Source: a virus. Taken from it: a stretch of DNA of 64,000 nt. This document shows positions 51,912 to 60,405 of the stretch, piece by piece. Location: positions 1 through 64,000 of IMG/VR virus record IMGVR_UViG_3300037189_015081; one strand, given 5' to 3'. A program made the position numbers and the translations under genes. How positions within the stretch are numbered: the stretch's first letter is position 1; each line of letters begins with the position of its first letter. The notes beneath the pieces are model-generated. The model saw only the letters and a list, made by a program, of their open reading frames with translations, was not told the origin of the DNA and did not search any database.

Positions 51912-52124
51912 ATGGCAAAGCGACCAACAAATGAAGTTGCGCAGTTTATTGAAAAAACACGCAACCATGACGCCCAGCGACTGGTACTAATCGCTGAGTA
52001 CCAGAAACAAATCGACGCGAATGAGACTCTCATCGCGCAAATGGAACCACTGGCTACCTGGGAAGAAGACCCGGAGTACCCTGACTACATGAACGCGGAG
52101 CAGACAGCCCCGCCGCTCCCCTAG
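51912..52124 (+). CDS. Hypothetical protein
   Basis: AAGGAG RBS. Confidence 0.6.
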   Translation: MAKRPTNEVAQFIEKTRNHDAQRLVLIAEYQKQIDANETLIAQMEPLATWEEDPEYPDYMNAEQTAPPLP

Positions 52125-52243
52125 CGTATTCTGCCACGGTGATCCTGCCTTGCAGGGTTACATTCTCTGTAGTAAAAGCCGAGTGTACAAAATCACCACT
52201 CCAGTAACACGCTATAATTTTACTACCAAGAGATAGGAAAAAC

Positions 52244-53485
52244 ATGGCAGACAACTGGGGCGGCTACAAAAACGGCGACATCCCAAAAAGTGCACTGTAC
52301 CCTGTACAAGGCGTACACTACTTTAAACCAGAGGTAGGGCACGCGCTCGTTGCCGCGCTCACCGAGTGTGAAGCAAAAGGCATCAAGGTTCACATCAATG
52401 AGGGCTACCGTCCCCTCGGCGTACCCGCTGACGCCAAGGTAAAATCAAACGGCAACGGTGACCCTGCGGGTAAAACGTCCACTGGTGGCTCAAACCAGTG
52501 GTTCCAGTACGGTCGCATGCAGCGCGGTGAAACACCAACCGCTGCCTACCCGGGTGGATCAATCCACGGTTGGGGCAAGGCTGCGGACGTCTCTCCTGGT
52601 CGCAGCAACCCGACAGTGAACGCGATCTTCAATAAGCACGGGTTTACCTTTGACATTGGTTCAGAGTCTTGGCACGCGCACTACGTCGGTGGACAGGCCA
52701 GTTCGGTAAGTGACGGAAGCTCCGCTGGCGCCAGCAACCCTGACGAAAAGTCCGTCCAGCAGAGCCTGCAGAAGCTTGGACTCTACAGCGGTCCTATCGA
52801 CGGTATCTTTGGTCCTAACTCGTGGAAGGGTGTACAGACGTTCCTTACACAGCAGAAGGTCAAGATCGACCACATCGACGGTGTTCCCGACGCTGAGACC
52901 AACCGCGGTCTGCAGACGTACGCCAAGAAAGGTGGTTACACTGGTCCCGTTGACGGTATCCTTGGACCAAAGTCCTGGGCTGGTTTTGCTGCCGCGTTGA
53001 AGAAGGCACCTGCACCTGCACCTGCTGCCGCTGCACCAGCCGCAACTCCTGCGCCAGCTGCAACGCCAGTTGCTGACGCAGCAGCGCCTGCCCCGGTCGC
53101 CACACCAGTCGCTGACGCACCAGCAAAAACCGATGCGCCAGCAGCCGTGCCAGTCGCAAAAAAGACAGCGCCTAAAAAACCAGCACCAGCACCCGTACCC
53201 GTATCCAAAGAAATCCTTGAAGAACAGGAGAAGGAAATCGCTACTCTAAACGAACAACCACAGAACCAGAACCTTGGCGCGATCCTTCCAAACCCGGAAA
53301 GCCGTCGCATCGCATACGCCGTTTACACTGGCGCGTCGGTACTCGTAACCAACGTCGCCATTGGCTACTCCGCTCTGCACGCAGAGTTCCCGGGTTGGTT
53401 GACCGTCGCCATCGCGGTAATTGGTAACCTGGCAGTGCCATTCGGTGCACTCGCCATCGCGAACTCTTCACCCAAAAAGAAGTAA
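52244..53485 (+). CDS. Endolysin: M15-like Zn peptidase, peptidoglycan-binding repeats, Pro/Ala linker and two C-terminal TM helices
   Basis: EGYR, S.HGWG.AAD, ESWH; three DG..G/D repeats; hydrophobic C-terminal pair. Confidence 0.85.
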   Translation: MADNWGGYKNGDIPKSALYPVQGVHYFKPEVGHALVAALTECEAKGIKVHINEGYRPLGVPADAKVKSNGNGDPAGKTSTGGSNQWFQYGRMQRGETPTAAYPGGSIHGWGKAADVSPGRSNPTVNAIFNKHGFTFDIGSESWHAHYVGGQASSVSDGSSAGASNPDEKSVQQSLQKLGLYSGPIDGIFGPNSWKGVQTFLTQQKVKIDHIDGVPDAETNRGLQTYAKKGGYTGPVDGILGPKSWAGFAAALKKAPAPAPAAAAPAATPAPAATPVADAAAPAPVATPVADAPAKTDAPAAVPVAKKTAPKKPAPAPVPVSKEILEEQEKEIATLNEQPQNQNLGAILPNPESRRIAYAVYTGASVLVTNVAIGYSALHAEFPGWLTVAIAVIGNLAVPFGALAIANSSPKKK

Positions 53486-53500
53486 CCACGCGAACAAATG

Positions 53501-53540
53501 AAGAAACCTCCCTGGTGAAAACCGGGGAGGTTCTTCTTTT
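53501..53540. terminator. Intrinsic terminator, probably bidirectional
   Basis: AACCTCCCTGGT-GAAA-ACCGGGGAGGTT followed by CTTCTTTT, between convergent genes. Confidence 0.85.
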
Positions 53541-53551
53541 ACGCGAGGAAA

Positions 53552-53686
53552 CTAAACCTGCTTAGTTACAAGGCGACCCTTAGCGTGATCAAAAACCTTT
53601 GGGCGCTTCTTATACGCCTTGTGGTTGTTACGATCCGTGGTCTCCTTTGCGACAGGCTTACCGCCGCCACCCTTACCTTTAGCCAT
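53552..53686 (-). CDS. 44-aa basic protein (not in ORF track)
   Basis: MAKGKGGGGKPVAKETTDRNNHKAYKKRPKVFDHAKGRLVTKQV*, with TAGGAT-N6-ATG leaderless promoter. Confidence 0.6.
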   Translation of the reverse strand: MAKGKGGGGKPVAKETTDRNNHKAYKKRPKVFDHAKGRLVTKQV

Positions 53687-53703
53687 GAGTAGATCCTATC
53701 CGG

Positions 53704-54516
53704 TTAGTTTAAAACAATTGCCTTGGCAAACACGACACGTGACGCCATTTTTGACGCGCTAATAATCGCCAATGGTGCAGCAACACTTAGCATGGTACCG
53801 GCCCAGAGACGAGGTTCAGCCCAGTCAAAGTTCCAGTAGTTCAAGGTGTGGAACGCGTTGGCAACAACCGCTACCACGCCAAAGGCAAACATGCCAAGGA
53901 CCGCACCAAAGGTTTTCTCCTTGCGACCATTATCGTCAACACGTGACGCTAAAACAAGGTACGCGATAAGGAACAACAGGTACATCAACTCGATGAAGAA
54001 AAAGAACAACCCGCCCATCCAGGCTTGCGACAAGCCAACAAACTGGGCAACCGCGGTAATCCCGTTATATGAAACAATCGCCGATGAAACAAAGGCAAGT
54101 GAAATACCAGCAATCCATAACCAGAGAACAAGGCGCTGATCAATCTGCACCTTTGGTGCGCGACGCTCCTCCTGGTGTTGGTAACGACGCAACCTTTGCA
54201 AACGTGCCTCGTCACGAAGAAGATCGTGCTCCAATCGCGCGGGTTCATCAACACTGGTAGACGCAGACGGCGCCTGTACAGGGACCGGGATAGGAACCGT
54301 CACGGCGGCAGGTTCATACTCTGGAACCTGTTCCGTTGCGTCAGGTAACACGTCAACAAGCGGCACACGCTCCAGCGTCGCGATCTCATCAAGTGTTAGC
54401 ACAGGGACATCGGAAACCACCTGTGCCGGGAATGAGGCAGGTGGCGGGGCCGGGGCTGGTTCCGGTACCTGTGCTTGAGGGTCAAACCCAAAAGGGTCAA
54501 TTTGTCTTGCGTCCAT
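53704..54516 (-). CDS. Four-TM membrane protein (DUF2637-like) with Pro-rich N-terminus
   Basis: AF..S...SY.GI, four hydrophobic helices. Confidence 0.65.
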   Translation of the reverse strand: MDARQIDPFGFDPQAQVPEPAPAPPPASFPAQVVSDVPVLTLDEIATLERVPLVDVLPDATEQVPEYEPAAVTVPIPVPVQAPSASTSVDEPARLEHDLLRDEARLQRLRRYQHQEERRAPKVQIDQRLVLWLWIAGISLAFVSSAIVSYNGITAVAQFVGLSQAWMGGLFFFFIELMYLLFLIAYLVLASRVDDNGRKEKTFGAVLGMFAFGVVAVVANAFHTLNYWNFDWAEPRLWAGTMLSVAAPLAIISASKMASRVVFAKAIVLN

Positions 54517-54575
54517 AGGTTTGATTATACCCTAAAACAGGATTAATGGATCACCAACTGTTATACAATCATTCC

Positions 54576-54764
54576 ATGGCGATAAGCAAAAACGACCTGA
54601 TCGAACACCTTGTAGAGGTGTTACTTGTCGACCATGGATACGACGATGACAATGAACTCGAATGGGACCCTGAGGACCCTGAAAGCCAGTATTCCATTAT
54701 CCGCGACGACGTGGAACTAATCATCGAGGTCCTTGAAAACATCGGGTTACTCAGCGAAAACTAG
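54576..54764 (+). CDS. Hypothetical acidic protein
   Basis: TACAAT-N6-ATG. Confidence 0.55.
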   Translation: MAISKNDLIEHLVEVLLVDHGYDDDNELEWDPEDPESQYSIIRDDVELIIEVLENIGLLSEN

Positions 54765-54988
54765 CGCTTAAGCAGCTTATCCGTTTCATCGACAATGTCG
54801 TCAATCAACGGTAGCAATCGCGCACTATACCTTGACCAGTGGTGACCACAAAACATCAAGGGCAGTTGTAGCGTTGCAATACTCACCATTACATACGCCT
54901 GTGCCCCGCAGGAATCACAGCGATCCGAGGCGGTGAGAATCTCAAACGCCTGATCCGGGTTGGCATTAGGTAGGGTGTCAGTGTCCAT
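54761..54988 (-). CDS. Actinobacterial small Zn-binding protein (DUF7455-like)
   Basis: LTASDRCDSCGAQAYV...LMFCGHH. Confidence 0.7.
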   Translation of the reverse strand: MDTDTLPNANPDQAFEILTASDRCDSCGAQAYVMVSIATLQLPLMFCGHHWSRYSARLLPLIDDIVDETDKLLKR

Positions 54989-55125
54989 TACAACAATCAT
55001 ACATAAAACAACCAATAGCGACTAGGCTAAACGCCAAAACTAGTGGCGCTCAGACACTCTCTAAGACACTTTCAACCCTGCGCCAGGGTAAATACATGCC
55101 GGAAAAACAGGCATATAGTCAATAT

Positions 55126-55362
55126 ATGAGCACCCTGGTCAAACCCGATGAAGCAGTAAACACTGACACTGGTGACCATGACAAGTTCGCCCACTACGCG
55201 GAACGCGGCGAGGTCGTGCGCGCCTATATCGAAGGCATCCCGATCATCGCACTCTGCGGAAAAATATGGGTACCATTCGGTGACCCGACCAAGTACCCGG
55301 TATGCCAGACGTGTAAGGAAATAATGGATGCGCTATTCATCGGTGAAGGACATGAACAGTGA
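55126..55362 (+). CDS. DUF3039-like actinobacterial protein
   Basis: GDHDKFAHY...G.P..ALCGKIWVP..DP...PVC..CK.I. Confidence 0.8.
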   Translation: MSTLVKPDEAVNTDTGDHDKFAHYAERGEVVRAYIEGIPIIALCGKIWVPFGDPTKYPVCQTCKEIMDALFIGEGHEQ

Positions 55363-55517
55363 TTAAATACGGTTACCAGTGCGAGCGACACCATATGATC
55401 TGGGAGGACGGTGAACACATCCCTGGAATGGAACTATCCTGCCCTAAATGTGGTGAACCAATGACACTGCTATACATGGTAAGTGAATACCAGCGGCAAG
55501 GTAAGGACAGGAACTAG
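55359..55517 (+). CDS. Small zinc-ribbon protein (not in ORF track)
   Basis: GTGA overlap; YQCERHH...SCPKCGEPM. Confidence 0.55.
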   Translation: MIKYGYQCERHHMIWEDGEHIPGMELSCPKCGEPMTLLYMVSEYQRQGKDRN

Positions 55518-55804
55518 TCCTCGTCGTCATCCCATTCAATGCCGTCATCGTCATCATCGGAAGACACGGAAATACCCACGCCGCCTTCCATGAAAAAATA
55601 ACTGGTCAACCGTAAAGCCTGCTGCTCAGAAAAACCAGCCGACATGAACGTGATAAACAGTTCATGCATATAGAGCGCGTCCATTTGCAAGGACGTCAAT
55701 GAGCTGCTCGTGAGTTCCTCGAGACTCTCAGTTTCACTGATCTCGGGTTCTTCAAACTCTTCACTATCCAAAGAGAGCACCTCCTGCAGGTTCACATACA
55801 ACAA
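55514..55804 (-). CDS. Hypothetical acidic protein
   Basis: HELF......AGFSE.QAL motif. Confidence 0.6.
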   Translation of the reverse strand: MLYVNLQEVLSLDSEEFEEPEISETESLEELTSSSLTSLQMDALYMHELFITFMSAGFSEQQALRLTSYFFMEGGVGISVSSDDDDDGIEWDDDED

Positions 55805-55905
55805 TACCGTGGGTACAACCTGGTTGAGCTTGATGACGCGCGCCTTTTAAATAACATAAACCCGCGAGGTAAACACCTACACGGGTCTATATTAGTGCTT
55901 TGAGA

Positions 55906-56154
55906 CTAGTCCGAAACCTTACCCTCAGCGCGAAGTTTAGCCATGATCTGCTCACCGAGCGCAAGCATCTCCTGCGTAAACGCGTCACCGTCATCGATAC
56001 GCGAACGACGAACCGTGTGACCACCAGGCGCGTACCTGAGAGCGGTATCGCGGGAAACACCCAGATACTCCGCGATCCGGTCGTGCGACCAGCCATTCGC
56101 ACGCAATGAGCGCATCTCGCGAATCATTCTTTCGGTAACCTTTACATACTTCAA
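55906..56154 (-). CDS. Helix-turn-helix protein
   Basis: LRANGWSHDRIAEYLGVSRDTALRY. Confidence 0.8.
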   Translation of the reverse strand: MKYVKVTERMIREMRSLRANGWSHDRIAEYLGVSRDTALRYAPGGHTVRRSRIDDGDAFTQEMLALGEQIMAKLRAEGKVSD

Positions 56155-56438
56155 AGTGAAGCCTCCTCGATACTTACGACCCTCGTGGTCCAGCGAAACG
56201 TTGTAATCTCTGGGTCAATCGCGATAGCACTCGACGATATACCCATAAGTTGATCAACGGAACAATCAATGGCGATGAAATCAAACCAGTCATGATCCCC
56301 GCGAAGAGTAGACGCGTCAACGGCTCCAGGGAACCGTATCGCCCGGTAACTGTCAAGGTCAATGATGTATGTGCTACTCATGGTTGTCACCTTGTACTTA
56401 CCAGTCAGGCGATCATTCAATGTCGTAATGTCACTCAC
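56151..56438 (-). CDS. Hypothetical protein
   Basis: Overlap-coupled leftward operon. Confidence 0.6.
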   Translation of the reverse strand: MSDITTLNDRLTGKYKVTTMSSTYIIDLDSYRAIRFPGAVDASTLRGDHDWFDFIAIDCSVDQLMGISSSAIAIDPEITTFRWTTRVVSIEEASL

Positions 56439-56632
56439 TGAGAGTCTCCCTTAATAAGCGCAAGAGCAAAACAGGCCGCGCAATCATCAATGTACATTTT
56501 CTTATCCCCTTGATGTTGCGCCGTGAACTCGCTATGCTCAGAATCAAGCAGCGCGATAATACGCTCACGTTCCATCCACTCACCAGTAGCAATCCCGAGC
56601 TGGTACGCGTCCTCGACGCTATCCCCTGTCAC
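56435..56632 (-). CDS. Hypothetical protein (ERERII motif)
   Basis: Overlap-coupled; CxxC. Confidence 0.55.
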   Translation of the reverse strand: MTGDSVEDAYQLGIATGEWMERERIIALLDSEHSEFTAQHQGDKKMYIDDCAACFALALIKGDSQ

Positions 56633-57027
56633 TTCTCCATCCCGTACTTTGAATGATCAATCGAAAGATCAATACCCGCCAGGCGAAGCTCATTGATAAT
56701 CGCGTCAATGTTCCACTTAATCGCGTCACGCTGAACAGGCAGCATCAACCCGTAAAACTCTGGTTCACCAAACAACTCTTCAAGAACCCGGATCTCATAT
56801 TCCCCGGTTTTCTTATCGATCAAAAGATTAAAGGTAATGTCCTTACCAACAGACCTGGACAAATACCAGTGTGTACCTCGCTGGTCAATAAACCCGAGAT
56901 TGCGCATCTTATCCACTACCGGAGAATGCTTCTGTTGCTCAGCGTTCTCCCTTGTTTTCGCAAAAACACGAACCACGACGTATACGAGAAGTATACCAAT
57001 CGCTACAAAAATCATTTTCAGTCTCAC
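56629..57027 (-). CDS. Hypothetical membrane-anchored protein
   Basis: N-terminal TM helix. Confidence 0.55.
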   Translation of the reverse strand: MRLKMIFVAIGILLVYVVVRVFAKTRENAEQQKHSPVVDKMRNLGFIDQRGTHWYLSRSVGKDITFNLLIDKKTGEYEIRVLEELFGEPEFYGLMLPVQRDAIKWNIDAIINELRLAGIDLSIDHSKYGMEK

Positions 57028-57248
57028 TTAAACAGGTTACCCGGTACTCGGCTACCAGTGTTCACAATCTCGATGACACGAGAAAGACTAACAAGAAGCC
57101 ATTGCGCGTTTTCAAGCTCGAGTTCCTGTGCGTACTCGTCATTTAAATCCCGTACAATACGGTCACGCTCAAGCGCAACAGCGTCACAGGCGGGGCAGGT
57201 GTCCTCTTCCGAAAAGAAAACATTGTGTTTCTCGCAACTAGGATTCAC
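57024..57248 (-). CDS. Hypothetical Zn-binding protein
   Basis: CEKH...CPAC, ERDRIV. Confidence 0.55.
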   Translation of the reverse strand: MNPSCEKHNVFFSEEDTCPACDAVALERDRIVRDLNDEYAQELELENAQWLLVSLSRVIEIVNTGSRVPGNLFK

Positions 57249-57388
57249 TTTGGGTCGCCACCAATACGATCCTTGAGCGCGCTCTTCTCGTCATCGGTCA
57301 ACCATTTAACAGCGTCAAGTATTCGTAAAACACGTTCGCGTTCATGTTGAATACCCTGGCGGTATGCCCTTGTGTTCTTGTTCTCCAC
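57245..57388 (-). CDS. Small hypothetical protein (not in ORF track)
   Basis: GTG start after GAGGTG; AYRQGIQHERERVLRIL; GTGA overlap with the next gene. Confidence 0.5.
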   Translation of the reverse strand: MENKNTRAYRQGIQHERERVLRILDAVKWLTDDEKSALKDRIGGDPK

Positions 57389-57446
57389 CTTACACCTCTT
57401 CTCCTTGGATCAATGTTTACCCGTTACGCGGGTGCGCAAAGGGAAC

Positions 57447-57719
57447 CTAGTCATCACCCTGTCGACGTGACAGGAGCAACATTGCGTGTTTAAACCCTGC
57501 CTCAAATGAAACCTTGTCAACGTTCAAAGGGAGACAGTTATCGTCGTGCACATGCGCCTCGGTTTCCTCGAGAATATCGAGACCACGTAGACGACCGCGA
57601 ACAACACCCTGGTAGTGCGCGTAGTGTAATACCTCGTTAAACACGCTCTCAAGGAGTTCACGATGCGACCGGTCCAGGTTCTTAAACTTGAAACCGTACC
57701 TGTTCTTTTTCTTTGTCAC
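57447..57719 (-). CDS. Hypothetical protein
   Basis: Overlap-coupled. Confidence 0.55.
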   Translation of the reverse strand: MTKKKNRYGFKFKNLDRSHRELLESVFNEVLHYAHYQGVVRGRLRGLDILEETEAHVHDDNCLPLNVDKVSFEAGFKHAMLLLSRRQGDD

Positions 57720-58021
57720 TGGGTACCTGCCAGTTTTCGTTCAACGTACTCGATACCACGCTGATGAGCGGCAAGGGCGTCATCGAGTGTGTGGGTGCGC
57801 TCAACCCAGTCGTCCTGGAAATCACTGTCGGGTGGGAAAACCATTGTCTCAAAGATCAATGGTTTCTTATGCTTACCCCAGTCGTCGATACCAAGCCAGA
57901 CCGTTGAGACAAACCAGCCGTCGATCTTCTTGGATGCAACATGGCGATACTCCTGGTCACTGAACAACTCAAGGAGCTTTTCCCGGGTAATCGGTTTACC
58001 TGTTTTGTCGAAGTACTTCAC
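57716..58021 (-). CDS. Hypothetical phage protein
   Basis: VSTVWLG.D...PLIFETMVF motif; AGGA RBS. Confidence 0.65.
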   Translation of the reverse strand: MKYFDKTGKPITREKLLELFSDQEYRHVASKKIDGWFVSTVWLGIDDWGKHKKPLIFETMVFPPDSDFQDDWVERTHTLDDALAAHQRGIEYVERKLAGTQ

Positions 58022-58042
58022 TGCGTCACTGCCTTTCCTATG

Positions 58043-58501
58043 CTACGCGTTTGCCCGAATAGCTGCGCGCTGTACACCGAAATAGAGAGGTTGCGATGAG
58101 GACAGGCCGAGACCCTTCGCGATCTTTGCAAGGGAAACACCGTTCTCATACTCGAGTGCGAGCTGGTCGTGGTACGCCTCTGGTCCTTGAAGCTTTGCCT
58201 CGCGAATACGCTCAATGGCGAGCTCGGTTTCCTCCGGGGTTGCACGTGAACGTGAACGATTTGGCAGGGCGGGTAGTTCACTTGTCATAACGCGCCGACG
58301 CAACCCAGCGTATGTTACGCCGAGTTCCTTTGCCATGGCGACAAGGCTACCACCCTTATCCGTGTATTCAACGAGAAGTCGAGTGTATTCGCGGCTGGCC
58401 TCATGCTCGGGTGTTACATGCGTACGTGAACCATACGCCCGTTTTGCGAGTGGGAGAAGACGCTCAAGCTGCGCGCCATACTCGCTAACAAGGTCAGTCA
58501 T
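58043..58501 (-). CDS. Tandem helix-turn-helix protein
   Basis: G.SL..MAKELGVT and GVSLAKIAKGLGLS. Confidence 0.75.
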   Translation of the reverse strand: MTDLVSEYGAQLERLLPLAKRAYGSRTHVTPEHEASREYTRLLVEYTDKGGSLVAMAKELGVTYAGLRRRVMTSELPALPNRSRSRATPEETELAIERIREAKLQGPEAYHDQLALEYENGVSLAKIAKGLGLSSSQPLYFGVQRAAIRANA

Positions 58502-58525
58502 TGTGTTGTTGTTCCTTTCAGTTGC

Positions 58526-58867
58526 CTAGTCGACGAGAATGTCAACAAGGATTTTCAGTGTTTTTACAGAGAATAGTTGCACCGTGACAAGTGCGCGTAA
58601 CGCGGTTTCGATCGAGGATATAAAGGTACCAGTTACCTTGTGGTTGACCGGGTCCTCAAGAGTGAACACACCGGTTGCGCCCCTAGCGGCGCTTGATGGT
58701 TCAAATGTTAGTGAACCAAGGTCAACACCGGCGCATGGTAGCGATAACCCGTCAATGGCGAGTGATATTGCCTGTTGGGCTATTTCCTCGTCGACACCGG
58801 TAACGGTGACGTGTACAGTGTACAAGGGTGTCTCCTTTGTAATTGTCCTTACGTGATCCCCCTGCAA
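58526..58867 (-). CDS. Hypothetical protein
   Basis: TATAAT upstream on the minus strand; start uncertain. Confidence 0.45.
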   Translation of the reverse strand: MQGDHVRTITKETPLYTVHVTVTGVDEEIAQQAISLAIDGLSLPCAGVDLGSLTFEPSSAARGATGVFTLEDPVNHKVTGTFISSIETALRALVTVQLFSVKTLKILVDILVD

Positions 58868-58904
58868 AAACCATTATATACGTGGTTTATGCTTTTTGGT
58901 ACAA

Positions 58905-59171
58905 CTACCGGTACCTGTCGTCATCCTCGTCACGGTCATGAAGCGGGTCAGGGTCCATGAATGGTCCAACATCGCGCCAAGCGATCTCGCGGGTGCGCAG
59001 CGTAAGCTCCTGTGCCGCGGCGGTAATGTCCTCTGAAAGGAGCATCAGGTCAACCCGGTCATCAACGGTTTCAGGGTCGTTGACGCGTTCATTGAGTACA
59101 TTGAGCGTGTTGAGTACCGTGCGCATTGCGCGCATGGTGCGTTCAGTGCGCACTTCTCGGTCCATGTCCAT
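58905..59171 (-). CDS. Hypothetical helical protein
   Basis: TACGAT-N6-ATG leaderless start. Confidence 0.6.
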   Translation of the reverse strand: MDMDREVRTERTMRAMRTVLNTLNVLNERVNDPETVDDRVDLMLLSEDITAAAQELTLRTREIAWRDVGPFMDPDPLHDRDEDDDRYR

Positions 59172-59212
59172 GTGTACATCGTACATTGCGGTGTAGAAAC
59201 CGAGTGGTCTTT

Positions 59213-59293
59213 TCTTGCGTATCTTGCGTATCTTGCGTATCTTGCGTTTTGTCCGGCGTTCTGTCTTGCGTGTATCCTGCGCGTATCCTGCGT
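59213..59293. repeat. 9-bp tandem repeat (TCTTGCGTA x~4 plus three degenerate copies)
   Basis: Direct reading of 59213-59247, then TCTTGCGTG, TCCTGCGCG and TCCTGCGT. Confidence 0.9.
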
Positions 59294-59406
59294 TTAGGCG
59301 CCGGGCGGGCACCCTGGAACACGGCGCGGCGGGGTGTGAAACTCTGGCGGGCAGGCTAAAAGCGGAGGCGGCGGAGGGAGAAAAGGGGAGAGTTTTTTGA
59401 CAAAAA

Positions 59407-59551
59407 CGCTTAGTACCTGAAAGGTCATGCGAAAACACGGCGGGTCAGTACTAAGCGAAAAAGAGGGAGACGAAGAGAAAAAACGCTTAGTATCAAGGGC
59501 AAGGGTACTAAGAAAGAAGAGTGAAGAAAAAACAGTTTAGGCGCTTAGTAC
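59407..59551. repeat. Five CGCTTAGTAC-type boxes in alternating orientation
   Basis: 59407(+), 59448(-), 59484(+), 59505(-, partial), 59542(+), with purine-rich spacers. Confidence 0.8.
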
Positions 59552-59570
59552 TATAAAAAAACTATACATG

Positions 59571-59657
59571 AATAGCTGAATACTGGATTATTTCTAGTTT
59601 ACGTGTATACACCTAGGCAGGGGCCCTTAACTAAAAATAGTTCAGTATCCAACTATT
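59571..59657. repeat. AT-rich 29-bp imperfect inverted repeat
   Basis: 59571-59599 versus the reverse complement of 59629-59657: 24/29 identical by hand count. Confidence 0.8.
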
Positions 59658-59731
59658 GTGTATTTTAGGTATCTTTTTGTTCGTATAGTCTCAGCTTTCC
59701 TGTTACAGTATAAACAACCGAAAGGAACACC

Positions 59732-60187
59732 ATGACGCAAAACAACCCATTCTCAGCATTCGACTTCACACTCGAGGAAGCGCTCAAGATCGACGCTGAA
59801 CTCACATCACGCAAACCAAGAGACGGACGCATCTGCAGCTGCGGTCACGCCGCTGCGCGACATGACGTCACAAGCGGAGTCGTCTACTGCAAACCATCAA
59901 GACTCGAATGTAACTGCCGCGCACTAAAGGTAGTACTCGAATCAGATGACGTACGACCCTTCCTGAGAAAAACCGAGGGCGCAGGTGCACTACACGCACT
60001 CGGTCGAGGAACAGCGGCAGCACTCAAAAAAGGTATCCACTTTGAGTGGGTCATTGAGCCAGTATGCGAACGCTGCAAAACACCAGGACCAATCAGCCCG
60101 GTACCAGTAACCAAAAACGGTATCGCCGCTCGCGAGGATACCGGGTACAATGTGCTACTCTGCGCAACGTGCAGAACAGAGGTCTAA
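59732..60187 (+). CDS. Cys-rich multi-zinc-finger protein
   Basis: CSCGH...H...C...CNC and CxxC...CxxC; AAGGA RBS. Confidence 0.7.
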   Translation: MTQNNPFSAFDFTLEEALKIDAELTSRKPRDGRICSCGHAAARHDVTSGVVYCKPSRLECNCRALKVVLESDDVRPFLRKTEGAGALHALGRGTAAALKKGIHFEWVIEPVCERCKTPGPISPVPVTKNGIAAREDTGYNVLLCATCRTEV

Positions 60188-60405
60188 TGGTACATGAGAT
60201 AAGAAAAATCCGTGACGGGTTATCCGCGTGCCCATGGTGGGTAAAAATCGTTGTCGCGCTCGGTATCCTGTACCTGCTAAACCCGATCGACCTGATCCCA
60301 GACTTCATACCAGTAATCGGAGTAATGGACGACGTCGCACTCGTCCTGGTACTCTCAAACCTAGTGAGGAAATATGCTGACACCAAAGATGCAACAAAAC
60401 TTTGA
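60187..60405 (+). CDS. DUF1232/YkvA-like membrane protein
   Basis: YLLNPIDLIPDFIPVIG.MDD. Confidence 0.85.
   Translation: MVHEIRKIRDGLSACPWWVKIVVALGILYLLNPIDLIPDFIPVIGVMDDVALVLVLSNLVRKYADTKDATKL

Noticed and set aside
59172-59438. N-terminal RKIRKIRK extension of ORF 58905..59438
   Set aside because: It arises from translating the 9-bp tandem repeat. A leaderless start at 59171 fits better.
59213-59551. CRISPR array
   Set aside because: The units are only 9-10 bp and are either directly tandem or alternating in orientation. There are no regular unique spacers and no cas operon.
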